A stretch of DNA of 64,000 nt, taken from contig NC_092675.1 of assembly GCF_964355755.1 (NCBI RefSeq), positions 16,092,912 to 16,156,911 on the forward strand. Reading direction: 5' to 3'. The notes beneath the pieces are model-generated. The model saw only the letters and a program-made list of their open reading frames with translations. It had not been told where the DNA came from and ran no database searches. Shown here one piece after another: positions 1 to 12,508 of this stretch. The first letter of the stretch is position 1, and the number at the start of each line of letters is the position of its first letter. The translations under genes were made by a program, and so were the position numbers. Source of the stretch: Antedon mediterranea (lineage: Eukaryota; Animalia; Echinodermata).

Positions 1-92
1 ATTCATACAACTGTAAGCTAATCTACAAAAAATAAAAATATATATTGTTGTAGACTTAAAAGAAAAAAGAATTACATAATAGTTCTAATAGT

Positions 93-870
93 TTACAGCC
101 AAATAATTATGTAATAGATTGTAAAAAATAGATCTTTGATAAGGTAAAATAAAACAGTATAACAATCTCTAATGGCTACGGTGGATGGAATATCAAGAGT
201 GTCTAGTCTCCCCTCATATGACTGTCCTTGATAACGTTGATGCAAGATCAACCGGGTAGCCTGTCTCTGGATTTGAAATTTGCGATATAAAGGGTCCCAC
301 ACCTCGCAACAGTACTTTATATTTGGGAGGACTAGACACTGGTATAATTTTATAAGAACGGGTGTAGAACAACCGCTAGCAATTGCTCTAACAAGACAAT
401 ATGGCCCAGGATTGAACCCCGGGAGACACCTGACTTAACTAAACACCAATCAGATTGGACACCATTGAAAATACTCTTTGCTTACGACCAGATAAGGGAA
501 AGAGTGAATCGCCTACACCATACGTTTTTGAAAGCTTTTTTTGAGTTAGAATTGAATGCCCTACTGTAATCAAGAGCCACGATATCAATCCGTGGTGCCC
601 CATTATCTAAAGCCTTAACCCAGGATATTGTAGCCTCAGCCAAGACTGAGGAACAAGATTTTCCTGGAGTAAAACCATATTGGCCATCAAACATTAGTTC
701 AAATTTGTTCAGGTGAAGACAGAGTTTGTCAGTGACAATACTCTCGAGCACCTTTGAGAATGAAGATGTCAGTGCAATCGGTCTATAGTTGCATAGATTC
801 GTCTTGCTAAGCTTCTTATGGACTGGTGCGATGTTTGCACATTTTCATGCAGAAGGAAGATCACCTGTGA
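93..870 (-). mobile_element. Decayed non-LTR retrotransposon (CR1-group LINE) reverse-transcriptase fragment in an SGT intron
   Basis: ORF 482-751 reads QYGFTPGKSC...IDIVALDYSRAF (RT domains 2-3). An SGVSRGSILG-like motif lies near 405-433, and the fragment is broken by frameshifts. Boundaries approximate. Confidence 0.8.
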
Positions 871-882
871 AAATTTGCTTAC

Positions 883-3800
883 CCTAATCTTCCAAACGCT
901 TTACTATATGTTGGATCTAAGGTAATTGCTTTGTTTCCATCATCTACAGCTTGTTGATGTTTGTTTAACTTGTGGTAGGCAGCTGCTCTATTACAATAAT
1001 AAACTGCATTGTTTATATCAATATCAAGTGCTTTGCTGTAGCAGGTCACTGCATCTTCATACTGTTCCTTCTTCATAAATTCATTTCCTAAATAAGAAAA
1101 TGAATGAATGATTATTTGTTTGTTAAAATTTCCCGAATCACCATAGATAACAAATACATTCCATGCAGAGAACAATGCAACAGTAAGTTGTGGCCCTCAT
1201 GTTTGAAGTAATTCTGTGAATTTATCTACTTCGTATAATGTACTGTAGAGGGTGCAATGTAATTGTTTTTTAAATCATGTGTAATACTGTACCATGAAGG
1301 TGTGCACAAACAGGTATGTTAAACAAGATTGTAACAAGCAACACGTAATGGTTTAAATGACAATAAAGCACAGAAAATCAAAGGGAAGGGTATATTTGCT
1401 ATATTTTGAATTTGCGTCAAAACTAGTTAGTTATTTAAACAAATATAAGATAAGATAAGATAAGATAAATCTTTATTGTCATGAACACAACAAGGCAAAC
1501 ATGAAATTGGTTTTCCTTGATGCTTAAAAACACATACAATATATATTAAACATTAAAAATATCTGTCTAAAAAGAACACTAGTTTAGTACACTGTAGTAC
1601 AAACATTATAATATGTCATAATAATATATCATAAATGAAAAAAACATAGAATGAGAATATACTGAAGTATTTATCTATAAAAATATTTATTGATTTCATG
1701 TTCACAGTCTATCCCATAAGCCATTTTTCATACCTTCACTTTTAAGTTGTTCAGCTTTTATTTTATCTTCATCTGAAACTACAAGTGGTACATCAGTAGG
1801 TTGTGTTGCTTCTCCAGCTGCTGACTATAACATAAACATTACATGCAAGTCATAATGCAAGTTGGGCTCACTATAACTGAACTTAATAGATACTGTAAAC
1901 AGTGGCGTAACGTAGGGACCTGAGGCCCCTGGTTTAGGAACCCCAAGTGGCTTTCCAACGCTGAGGCCTCAAGAGTTTTTAACCTTTTCTGGCATATCTA
2001 ATGTCTGTTTAGGGGCCCTGGATTTAGCCAGTAAGCGCTCATAGTCATTATGTCACTGACTGTAGAATGTAGGGGTAACAAGTCTGTCTGTTTTAGTACA
2101 TATTGGATGCATCAGTAATTGTATTTGTTTTTTGTACTGTATTATGGTCTCAGTTATCCTGGGAAAATACATGGAATAACAATAAAAAAAAAAGTTTTAA
2201 TAAACTCTTGAAACATGTCTTTGTGCAATCATACCATCATATCATTCCAAATGACCAAATGGTAAATTGTCAAAGACCCTAAAAAAGTCACTGTGATATC
2301 ATGCATAAGAAAATGCATAATACAACACGATACAAAATGATAATATGAACTGTATCAGCAAGGCAACAACAGGATACTGAGCTCCGGAGATCAAAGGGTT
2401 TATCTGTGGCTGCGACACGATCAGTTCCAAGCCTCTTAACAGACACTAAGTGCCGAGGAGAATATGCACATAGTACAGTACTGTTGGTATTTGTCGCAGC
2501 CACACATAAGATCAAAGGACTGTTACTAGTTCCTATCTCAGCAATGCGAGCTCAGTGTCCTGTTGTGTCAAAAGATCCCTATTGTGGTCTATGACTTACA
2601 GCACTAATTCCAGAAGCTGCATTAAATATATCTAACAGTGATCTTCCTGTACTAAGTTGTGTACGAATAGCATCATCCGTTGTACTCACTCCATAGGCAC
2701 TTTCAAGGCATTGCATTGATACTTCAGGAAAAACAAAAACATATTAGGTTGTCTAAACCTTAAGTTTAGCTAAATCACACAAAACACAAGTATTTTTTAA
2801 TGTGATGGTAGCCTTGTTTTGAAGCAAATCTAGAAAGTCTGAGTTTTTGAGATCTAGAAAACTCAGATCTCAATTTTAACGGTATGTGTACTGTATTTTC
2901 TATATGATTTAAGTCGTAGCCTGCTAACAGTAACAATAATAGTAAGAAAATGTTTAATACTGTAATATTTCAATAACCTAACCCATGATAAATGGGTCAT
3001 TCCATCTCAGTTCACCCAAAAAAAATGCATTTTTAAACCTTACCTCCTTCAATTTTGGTTTGGTGTATGGGTAATTTTAAGCCAAAATTACAAATTTTAA
3101 CTTATTGGACAAGCAGTTTTCTAGATATCACAATTTCAATTTTTCGATTTTTTGCATAAAACAGCATGGCCACCACATTTCAAATAGTTATACCTCTGGA
3201 AATACATGTCTGTTTTGATGTATTACAAGCTATTTCTTAAGGAATGTACACCAAATTGACCCCAAATTGACCCCTGTGTATACAACAAGAATGGGTATGT
3301 CAACTTCAAATGGCAATTACATTAAATAAAAAAGAAAACCCCTCCAATTTTTTTATATGTTGCAGTTCATGTTCATATGTTCTGTTTTACATCCTTTCTT
3401 TAATAATATCTCATACATATTTACCCTCACCATCATCAAACTCATTCTTTTTAACACCTGCTACTGAACTTGAAGTGTCTGATATAATAAAAGGACTTGA
3501 GTCTAAAAAAGAATCTGGTTATGATAATCTAACTCTGTTCTTAAACAAGTATATCCTTTTATTTTAAGTCATTTAACATATGCTATAAATACTTCATTCT
3601 CTACAGGTATTGTACCTACTCGCAAATCGCAAAAGTTATCCCAGTCTTTAAAAAGGGAAACCCTGAATCTATCACTAATTATAGACCTATTTCCATTCTT
3701 CCTGTAATTTCAAAAATTATTGAAAAAATGATGCATTCTAGACTGTATAATTACCTTAATAAATATAACTTGTTAACTCATAGCCAATATGGATTTAGGT

Positions 3801-6800
3801 CAAATCATTCAACTTGTCATGCTATTCTAGAATTAGTAAGTTCTATAAATGAAGCATTCGAAAACAATAAACTTTTGTTAAGTACATTTCTCGACCTATC
3901 TAAAGCGTTTGATGTAGTAAATCATTCAATATTACTTGATAAGCTTTCATATTATGGTATTTGAGGTATTGCACTTGAATGGTTCAGGAATTATCTTAAT
4001 GACCGCAAACAATTTGTACAAATCAATAATTGTATGTCATCTGCAAGTCAGGTTACATGTGGAGTGCCACAGGGTTCTGTTTTGGGCCCCTTGTTATTTT
4101 TAATTTACATAAACGACCTATCTCAAGTAACTGACAATTTACGTGTGATCTTATTTGCAGATGACACAATAGTTTATTTCCAACATGATAATATAGATAC
4201 CTTATTTAATGTATTTAATAATGAATTACAAAAAATGAGCACCTGGTTTATTGCAAACAAATTGCTGATTAACTTAACAAAAACAAATTGTATTGTCTTT
4301 CATTCTCATAAAAAAAGAATAAAATTCAATAATAATCATAATATTTTACTAAATGGTGTTAAAATCACTCGAAAAGTGAAGTATTATTTCTGGGTGTTTT
4401 GATAAATAACATCTAAACTGGACAGGTCATCAACATTATATAGCAAATAAGAATATTGGTGTAATAAATAAGCTTAAACATTTTTTCCCTCACAATATTT
4501 TAATACAACTTTATAACACACTTGTACTCTCCCATTTACAATACTGTAACCTTATTTGGGCAGCTGATTTACCCATCTCATCTTGATAAACTATTAAAGT
4601 TGCAAAAACGTGTAATTTAGAATTATGCATTTAGCTCCATTTGATTCTCATTCTGAACCATTGATTAAGAAATCAAATATTCTTAAAATTACTGATATCC
4701 ATAACATTCAAATCTCTATTTTTATGTTTAAATTCATAAAGGGCTCACTACTTAGACCTATTCTTGAATTGTTTTCTAAATTTACTGTTATAAGCAAATA
4801 TAATTTTAGAAATCCACGTAAGATACTTGTACCACTTGTTAGATTAACCAAATCTAAATATTGTATAACCTTCTCAGGACCAACTCTGTGGAATGATTTA
4901 GATGATAAACTTACTGACTGTAAAACTTTAATAATTTTTAAGAAATGTATAAAGTATTTCTATTTGTCTAATTACCATGAGTAAAAATATAACTGTCATT
5001 TACATATATTTATTTTCATAATTACTTATATAATTTGAAGTCTAAATAAGGCGTATACCTTTTTCCTTATTAAACTATTTCTAATATTTGTTTTGTTAGG
5101 GGTCTGATTGAGACAAGTTTAATACTTCTAAACCAGATCCCAGCCAAAAAAAAAAGTAAGTAGAAATGTTATGTTAAAATGTTTAATATTTATGTTAAAT
5201 AATATGTTTTTTGGTTGAATAAATATTACGAAAGGAAACGATAATATCATCATATTTTATTCACTTTTCAACTCGAAATTGCGTTATAGGACCATTTCAA
5301 AAGTGACAGGCTACGCACGTGTAAGTTAACAAAATGGTGAAAATATGCTAAATTTAAAAAATTAATATACTGTAGATCGTCAGAATGCTCGGGAACACCT
5401 ATTTTTCATTTCATTTTCTTGAAGTGTATGTATCATATGTAAGATTTATTATGAAATTAAGAGCACAAAAGTCATCATTAATTGCATATTAAATTTTTTT
5501 AAAATAATTTTGACAATTAAACAAATTATGACATTTTCTTAGGCCGAAATAAAAAACTTAACATCAGGCCCATAGCCAGAATACATCAGAGGGGGATTTT
5601 CTTGACACCAATTATTTTGCAAGTGCAGCGAGCAACTGTAGGCTGGGGGACAGGGAGCCACCAAGGACCCCCGGTCGGGGTTCAGGGGCCGAAGGTCCCT
5701 GGAAGCTTTGGCTCTCAGAGCAATTTCGGTTGTTTTAATAAGCAAAAAAGGGGGGTGGGGGGGTAGGTTGTTAAATTGGGTAGGTTAGGCCATTTTTCAC
5801 ATTCTGAACTTCAAGGCTAAATATCTCTAAAGTTCGGGTTGCAACTCTTTGCCGCTTTGTGATGCCAGGCCTCATATGTTATTTTGTAGAATAAAGTTAA
5901 TCACTTCCATAAAAAATGTATTGTATTGTAACCAGGGGGTATAATGTCGATCGAACAATTAAAAATATCTTTTTAGGCATAATTAATTTATAATAATTTT
6001 CAATTTATAAAATAAATGTCAAAACAGGCAATGTAACCGTGATCTGGACTGTGTCTTAATGACTGTCGTGACCAGATTCGTACTAAAATATGATAAAATG
6101 GAGATGAGAGAGAAAAGGCTATTATGTCGTTTAGGCCTTGTTGAGTATTTCCAACAAGAGGAAGTAATTCAAGTTTATCCGCATTGCTCACCATAGGAAC
6201 GCTAACAATCATGTTCGCGCTACAGTGTAAAATCCCACATTGACATAACATAACTTACCCTCCACACAAGTAAGGCAGGTTTTTCTCGTCTTAATAATTC
6301 CTTTTACATGCCTTAAAAAATACTCCCCTCCGAGGTTGCTTATAAAATAGGCCTGTTTAATATGTAGACATCTCTTTTGAAGTGTTTACTGGTTACAATG
6401 TTTACAAATAAACATTTTTCATCGATCTAATTTTTGGTCAAAGTGGATAACTATTATGTTGCATTCAAATGGAATATTCAACCAAATTTTTTTTAAGAAT
6501 TATTTTTTCAGGGGACAAAACATCTTTAACATTTATTACTATGAGGTTATACGTTCAAAACCATTTACTACTGTATTCCAAAAAATAATAATTTTCAGAA
6601 AATAGTATGACTGTCACTGAAGTTTCATCCAACAAAAGAGTACACAAAAACTCACAATACTATATGTAGATTCCTTAAAATCTCCCCTTTACAAAAATAC
6701 CTTGGTTTTCAAAATCGGACCTGTATTTCCTGAGATACAGCTATTTGAAATGTGTTGACTGCGGTATTTTTCGTGAAAAAAAAATTAGAATCGCGATATC

Positions 6801-7480
6801 TCGAATACCGCTAATTTTTTAAAAAATTGATATTTTGACCTTAATCACCATAAATTTCCCATACCAAATTTCACCAAAATTTAAGGAAGTAGGGTTTAAC
6901 TCATTGGGTGATCTGAGATGGAATGACCCTACTGTAATATGGATAAATCCATTTAATAGGCCTGAGTTTTCGTATAGCAGAATGGCGAGAAAACTCAGAT
7001 CTTGAAATCAGGGTTTTCTAGATCTGCAAAACTCAGATATATCCGAGATCTGAGTTTTCTATTATTTTTAGCCTTATTACCGTATTACACCATCTTAAAA
7101 AAAAAGTATTAAAACAGGTAATATATGCATTTCTCCTTGATCCAAATAAGTATGAGGACCCTTAGACCAAACCAGTTAAGAAATCAGAAATCTGAATCTA
7201 TCAGAATTCTTGACTTGACACATTAAGATTATGAGCATATTAAAAGATAGCAGTAAAGGTAGCCTTGCACTACACAACACTAAAACAATTACCCATGGCA
7301 TACATTTATAGTATTTAAGAAACATATGTTTATTAGGAATGTTTATGATAAATTAAAGGTTAGCCTCTGGTGCTACTTACCTTCAACACTTTCTGTTGCA
7401 TCTTCGTTAAGTGTTCCACCCTGAATCTGTTGATCTAAAAACTCTAAAATGGCGTACACTAGTTTACTTATATCCGACAT
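883..7480 (-). CDS. SGTA: Small glutamine-rich TPR co-chaperone (SGTA/SGTB orthologue), 5' part; gene continues beyond the left edge
   Basis: Coding exons 7480-7381 ([33 protein letters not shown]), 2721-2600 ([13 protein letters not shown]...), 1824-1734 (...[11 protein letters not shown]) and 1087-883 ([21 protein letters not shown]...[12 protein letters not shown]...YSKAFGRLG). All have GT-AG boundaries and compatible phases. They encode the SGT N-terminal dimerisation domain plus TPR repeats. Confidence 0.93.
1900..2058. mobile_element. hAT-like MITE
   Basis: Termini CAGTGGCGTAA / TTATGTCACTG; 8-bp flanks ACTGTAAA (1892-1899) and ACTGTAGA (2059-2066), one mismatch. Confidence 0.7.
2366..2566. 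mobile_element. Short MITE-like inverted-repeat element
   Basis: 19-bp inverted repeat ACAACAGGATACTGAGCTC / GAGCTCAGTGTCCTGTTGT (one mismatch). The internal segment TGGTATTTGTCGCAGCC...ATCAAAGGA recurs near 23386-23432. TSD not resolved. Confidence 0.55.
3405..5225 (+). mobile_element. 5'-truncated, frameshifted LINE (L2/CR1 group) ORF2 remnant
   Basis: ORFs 3728-3964 (QYGFR...FLDLSKAFD), 4034-4402 ([19 protein letters not shown]...LFADD) and 4625-4984 (C-terminal GPTLWN). A 3' UTR ends near AATAAA at about 5218. Confidence 0.88.
6390..6525. mobile_element. Right end of a Kolobok-like element (same family as 52714-53196)
   Basis: Ends GGGGACAAAACATCT followed by TTAA. The preceding sequence resembles 53070-53196. 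Left end not identified. Confidence 0.5.
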
Positions 7481-8564
7481 TTCAATCTAGGCCTGAAATA
7501 TATAACATTAGATCATTATTAAAATATGGTCACTATTTAATAAATCATAAAGGAGTATATTTCCAGCTTTACTAAATAAGTAACAAAATAAAAGCCAAGT
7601 CAGCCTAATAATAAGGACATAAGGAAATGTAGATAAACAGGCTATACTGTACACAATTTTTTTGGCCTTAATTTATAGAAACCTCCGACGGCAAAACACA
7701 ATCATTATGGACAAATTGACGGGATTTGGCCGTACCTCTCATGGCGCACTGCATGGTCAGAAGATATCTACAAAAAATGCGTGCTGAGCACTGATACATT
7801 GTGAGCGGTATTGGTGACCCTAGTGTGTAAATTTTACGGTGTAGTCTGCCAATTTACAAATATTATCTTCCAGCCCTGGACTTCTATAACGTATATGGAT
7901 ATTTTATACAAATTAAATTTCAATTTAGTGGCAGAAAGAACATTTAGTATGAAATTAAGGGTGTTGCCCGGGCAACTAGGGTAAGCTGTTCAAAACGATT
8001 GATTACGAAGAACAAAATTAACAAGATGATACAACATTATAAACGAAATAACAGCACCATTTTCACGAAAATGAAAATCTAAGGTACCAACATTGTGCTG
8101 AGGCCACAGCTAGTCAGCGCCTATATAACTTTTTATCATGATTACCCAACTTTTTACAATATTTTTATGCAAGATCGGGACATGAGGTTTTAGGGGGTTG
8201 CCTAAAACATTTTTATAAAAATTAACAATATCAATGTTATTATCTTTGGTTTATGTAATTAATTATATTTACAAAAATGTTGATTATGATATAAGTCAAG
8301 AATTTTTATCTTTTATTGATTAATTTTCAGTCTCTATCCCACCAAAGTATGGGGACACGATTTTAGACACTTACTGAAGAATGACCCGTAACTCATTGTT
8401 AACTGCTGGAAAACAGGCTTTAGAGTATTGGAAAATGACAGTATAAGATGTTTGTACATCGTTTTAAATGATTTACAATGCGCTGGAACCATTTCCTGGA
8501 CCCCGACCGGGGTACCTTGATGGCCCCCAGCCAAGGTTTGCTCGCTTCCCTCGCAAGGTACGCC

Positions 8565-9062
8565 GAATCCGGGACGATTCGGCCCCGAGACGATTCGGCC
8601 CACTTTTGGGTCGAAACATCGCACTTTGAGGGCCGAAACGTCTCACTTTAGACCAAATTCATATTCATTTTTAGTTGGTATTTATTAAGTTTTTAAAAGT
8701 GTTTAACAACCCGTATTTTATTGATATTCACAATGTTAATATAATATATAAAATAAATTCAGTACTAAAAAAATGTAATTTTATATTCAATTTATTACTT
8801 CGAAAACTTTGTTTTTTTCGTGCATTCGCCAAGCGGCCTACAGAGGGCGTAGCTTGTTTACATCGTTCACGTGACTAATCTTTATCCCTAGTAGTACTAA
8901 CCCATACTTAGTCTCTCGGAAAATAAAGTTTGGGAATAAAAGCTTATTTTATGCATATCAAAACCGATAAGATTAAGTATGCCAAATCGTTTCAGGGCCG
9001 AATAGTCCTGGGCCGAATCGTTTCAGGGCCGAATAGTCTCAGGGCCAAATCTTCCCGCTACC
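8565..9062. mobile_element. MITE with inverted subterminal (ACGATTCGGCCC)n repeats, nested in an older CAGGGGCGGATC-type element
   Basis: GATTCGGCCC repeats at the left end mirror GGGCCGAAT repeats at the right end. Degenerate 8-bp flanks GGTACGCC / GGTACCTC. The host element ends AGATCCGCCCCTG near 9106. Confidence 0.6.
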
Positions 9063-9557
9063 GGTACCTCTCCCCACCCCATTTTAACATGTTAGATCCG
9101 CCCCTGTGTTATTGATTATTCTGTTTAAAAAAATTAAAATCCTTTTTGACCAGCAGCACTACTGGTAGAAAACTTTACACTTATGAACAGTCAAAATATA
9201 ATAAATTAAATGCATGACGTTAACCGTGCTGATGATAGCCACTTCCTTACACATAAGACCTAGGCCTACTAGGCCCTAGTACCCTTCCACCATCCAGCCA
9301 GGCTGCTGTGTGTAGTGTGGTGGTCTAGGCTATATAGGCCTATATATTTGTGTTCCTGCTGTGTCTGATGAGTGTGCTGTGGTTCGTACTGACGGGGTGG
9401 GCCTAGGCCTAATAATAATCATAATTATTTTTTCTGCTACAACTTTAAATTACTTAAACTTTAATTAATAACCAATGATTATATTCAATGATTAACCATT
9501 AATAAAATAGCCTTTTAAGTAGCTAGTAGTAGGGCCTAGCCTAGGCCGCCTACCTAC

Positions 9558-9600
9558 CTTTCCGATTGTTCATGTGTTTTCAGTAAAAATCAGGCGCCCT
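9558..9600 (-). other. Probable non-coding first exon / transcription start region of the SGT gene
   Basis: Minus-strand donor AAG|GTAGGT at 9558/9557. The ATG exon starts with an acceptor (TTTCAG, exon from 7492) only 12 nt before the ATG, which implies an upstream exon. The upstream limit is a guess. Confidence 0.45.
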
Positions 9601-10039
9601 CAATTATCAAAATACCATATCTATGAAAGGCCCTTTATAGTGTAGGCCACTATGTAATTTCGTGTCATTTTTTTGTTAAAAGCAAAATTCCAGCTGATTT
9701 AGTGTCTTTAGGATGTAAAGTAATGAAAAAAATATGTTGCCATTTTTTTTAAAAAGCTTAAGGGTGTCAAATCCAAGATGGCCGCCAATACGTAAAATAT
9801 CCAATAAATGTACCATATTGGACAAAGTAACACCCATTATGAATAATATTTTAAGTTCATATGGGTTCTCTGCTACATAAGAATTATTATAAACCTATAT
9901 TCATTTGTATTCTGACATTTTGAATTTCAAAATGGCCGCCATTTTTTAAAAATTGATTAAATTTCTTATTAAAATATGTGCAAGTTATGACGTTGATTGA
10001 AATCACATAAAATGATAGGCCTATGACAACAACATGGTG

Positions 10040-11620
10040 ATTAACACAAAATGTTGACCATCAGGAGGTCTACAGTACTGACAGTACACTTCTTCATATT
10101 AAAACATCTCATAAACTTCTTCAGTTAAATGACAACTAACTCTGCCAAAGTCCTTCAATGAAATATTTCTAATCTTGAATGCGATACAGTAAGTTGACCT
10201 TCCTTCGTTCTCTACTACTGTATCCATCGAACTTCCACAGACTGATCTGCGTTCCCAACAACCTTGTTCAGAAACATATTGGCAAAATAACTGAAATACC
10301 TCATTTCACAGGCAAATAATCTCTATAGGAGTCTTCTTTTACTTTGATAAGTTTGTCACCTGTATTCACCGTCATATATATTTTTTTGCCAATATTCGTC
10401 TTTTTCTTAGGATTCCATATAGACAGTTTTCCTTCTACAAGACTTTTACCAATGCCTCAAACATTTTCTGTCCAATTTCATCATGCCATGGCCAACAAAC
10501 ACCTTTGTGCGAATTGCAGCATTCTTCATTAATCGGGATATCATCTCTCTTTAAATGTTAACTAGATTTTGCCAGCTCTGATGAAATCATTAATTTGTGT
10601 TATTCCAATGATACCACGCTCAATGACCCTGATCAATTGATGTAAATCCAGCACGTCCCACACATACATGTCCTCTGATATACATATATAGGGATATAGT
10701 TTAACCACATCATTTAGATTTCGTTGACTCTCTGTATTCAAGTTAATATCTTTATGATCAGCCTCTTTCAAACAAAATGCTACTTCACTTTCTCTGTACT
10801 GTCTGCATTTGTAGAAGCAAGTTGTAGAAAGAAAGCAGAATTTGTGTGCTTTTGTCCTTTAGATATGTTTTCCATTTAAGATATTTGTGTCACTGGTTGT
10901 ATAGGTAATACAAGTTCACAAAAGCACTTGCCTCAAAACTATTTTCACAATGCTACATGTCCAAAAGCCATGTAGTTCACCGGGTCGACATAATAATTGC
11001 TTTTTGATGTCATCTCTGTCCACCTCCACTCATCTCGGGCAAGAGTCATCACCAGGCATTCTTGTCTTTCCCTAGTACATGAGTTTTTATACCACAACCA
11101 TGTGCACTCATCAAACCAGTGTATAATGCTGGTCTGTCTGTAGGGGGTACATATCTAATGAAATTGGTTGAGATTTTAGAAGATGAGAAGTAGGAGTTCA
11201 TTCATTTACAAGGTTATTTATAGGCAGAGCTGTATCTGTATTTCCTTCAAGCTTCTGCCAAAAGTTGACAGGTTGAAAACTTACCAACCATACTGGTGAC
11301 TATGGCCCTGAAGGTTCAGACATTGAATTACATAGCATTAACGCATTTATTATTTACCATATTTATACAGGATTTCACAATAAGGTATAAATGCACTTGT
11401 TTTATATTGTGGTCCTGTCTCCGATCAAGTTTCAGTTTCATGAAAAGAAATGAGATCTGTAATTTAGAATCTATATATAAATTATGGTTAATTCTGACAT
11501 AGCCGAGCACAATGGAAAAACTTTGGAACAAATTTCTGCCTTGGATACCTACCTGAACTATCTCAGGTGTACCGCAAAATGTAAAACAGTTTTCACTATT
11601 ACGATATTGTTCCATATTTC
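10040..11620 (-). pseudogene. Degraded Academ-like transposase coding remnant
   Basis: Minus-strand peptides RPGELH (10970-10987), ILNGKH (10865-10882) and the FIRA-containing ORF 10562-10771 occur in the order I recall for Academ transposases. Many stops and frameshifts. Family assignment is from memory. Confidence 0.55.
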
Positions 11621-12508
11621 TATCTTAGGAATATATTATAAAGAGTTTTAAAACAAAATTTCTGATTCATCGGTAGATTTCAACTCAATTTCAATTGTAC
11701 GCGGTCAAAGTAATTTCCGGGTTCACGATGAGTTCACATGTTCACCTTGCAACTACCTGGTTTCAGTTAAGTTGGTCGTTAGTGGCTATAGCTATTTTAG
11801 TTTTTTGTTTATTTTCGGATCGGACCGCGCGTGTGAAGGCACAGTGTAGTTAAAAAATAAAATCCCGATAGCCGAGTTTTATTGAGTAAGCTGGCAGGAA
11901 TAACTGTAGGCTATTAGGGCCCATATTGCAAGCCGTCTAAAACATCTTCCTTCTTTGGCCGAAACGGCCTACACTGTCGCGGAAGTTAGTTTCAAAAGAT
12001 GTTTAAATTAAATAATGTATTATGATGGTATTTATTTGAATAAACGCCTCCCCAATAAAACATCACTTTTAATAATAATCGCCTACACCCACCCACCCCC
12101 CCCCCCCTACCCAACTATCTAATAAACGCCCATCCACATTAATTAATTATACACACAATATTGTATATACTATTTATAATAGAATTCATTACACTGTTAA
12201 CTATAATTTACCAAGCATTTGTAATAATTTTTTACCACTTTTCATATCTATTAGAGGATTTTATTTGATTATAAGGTTACGATATTATTAAAACTAAAAA
12301 ATCCCTCGAATAAGCATCTCCCTCAAATGAACTCTGCCTCCCCACCTCCGCCCTATAAAAACAATAAACACTATACTTTAAAATGTTATTAATCATCTAA
12401 GACACTGTGAAACAGAGTAGGTTTAGTTTTTCGAATGTCAAGTATTTTCAATAATGGTAACCGACAGAAAACGTACAAGGAGAACGTCCTTGTAAAACCT
12501 TTTTACCC

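Larger units (their letters stand above)
2994..6929. mobile_element. Non-autonomous DNA transposon with long imperfect TIRs, carrying nested insertions
   Basis: 25-bp terminal IR GGGTCATTCCATCTCAG(T/A)TCACCCA with one mismatch. Imperfect inverted similarity continues for about 200 bp (3020-3210 vs 6720-6900). No clear TSD. Confidence 0.75.

Noticed and set aside
7878-7900. Other possible footprints (7876-7898, 15590-15610, 44200-44225, 62357-62381)
   Set aside because: Palindrome-like but without a convincing 7-bp flanking duplication.
9360-9400. Hammerhead ribozyme core (CTGATGA), also checked at 43424-43432 on the minus strand
   Set aside because: No stem II followed by GAAA and no matching cleavage triplet could be found.
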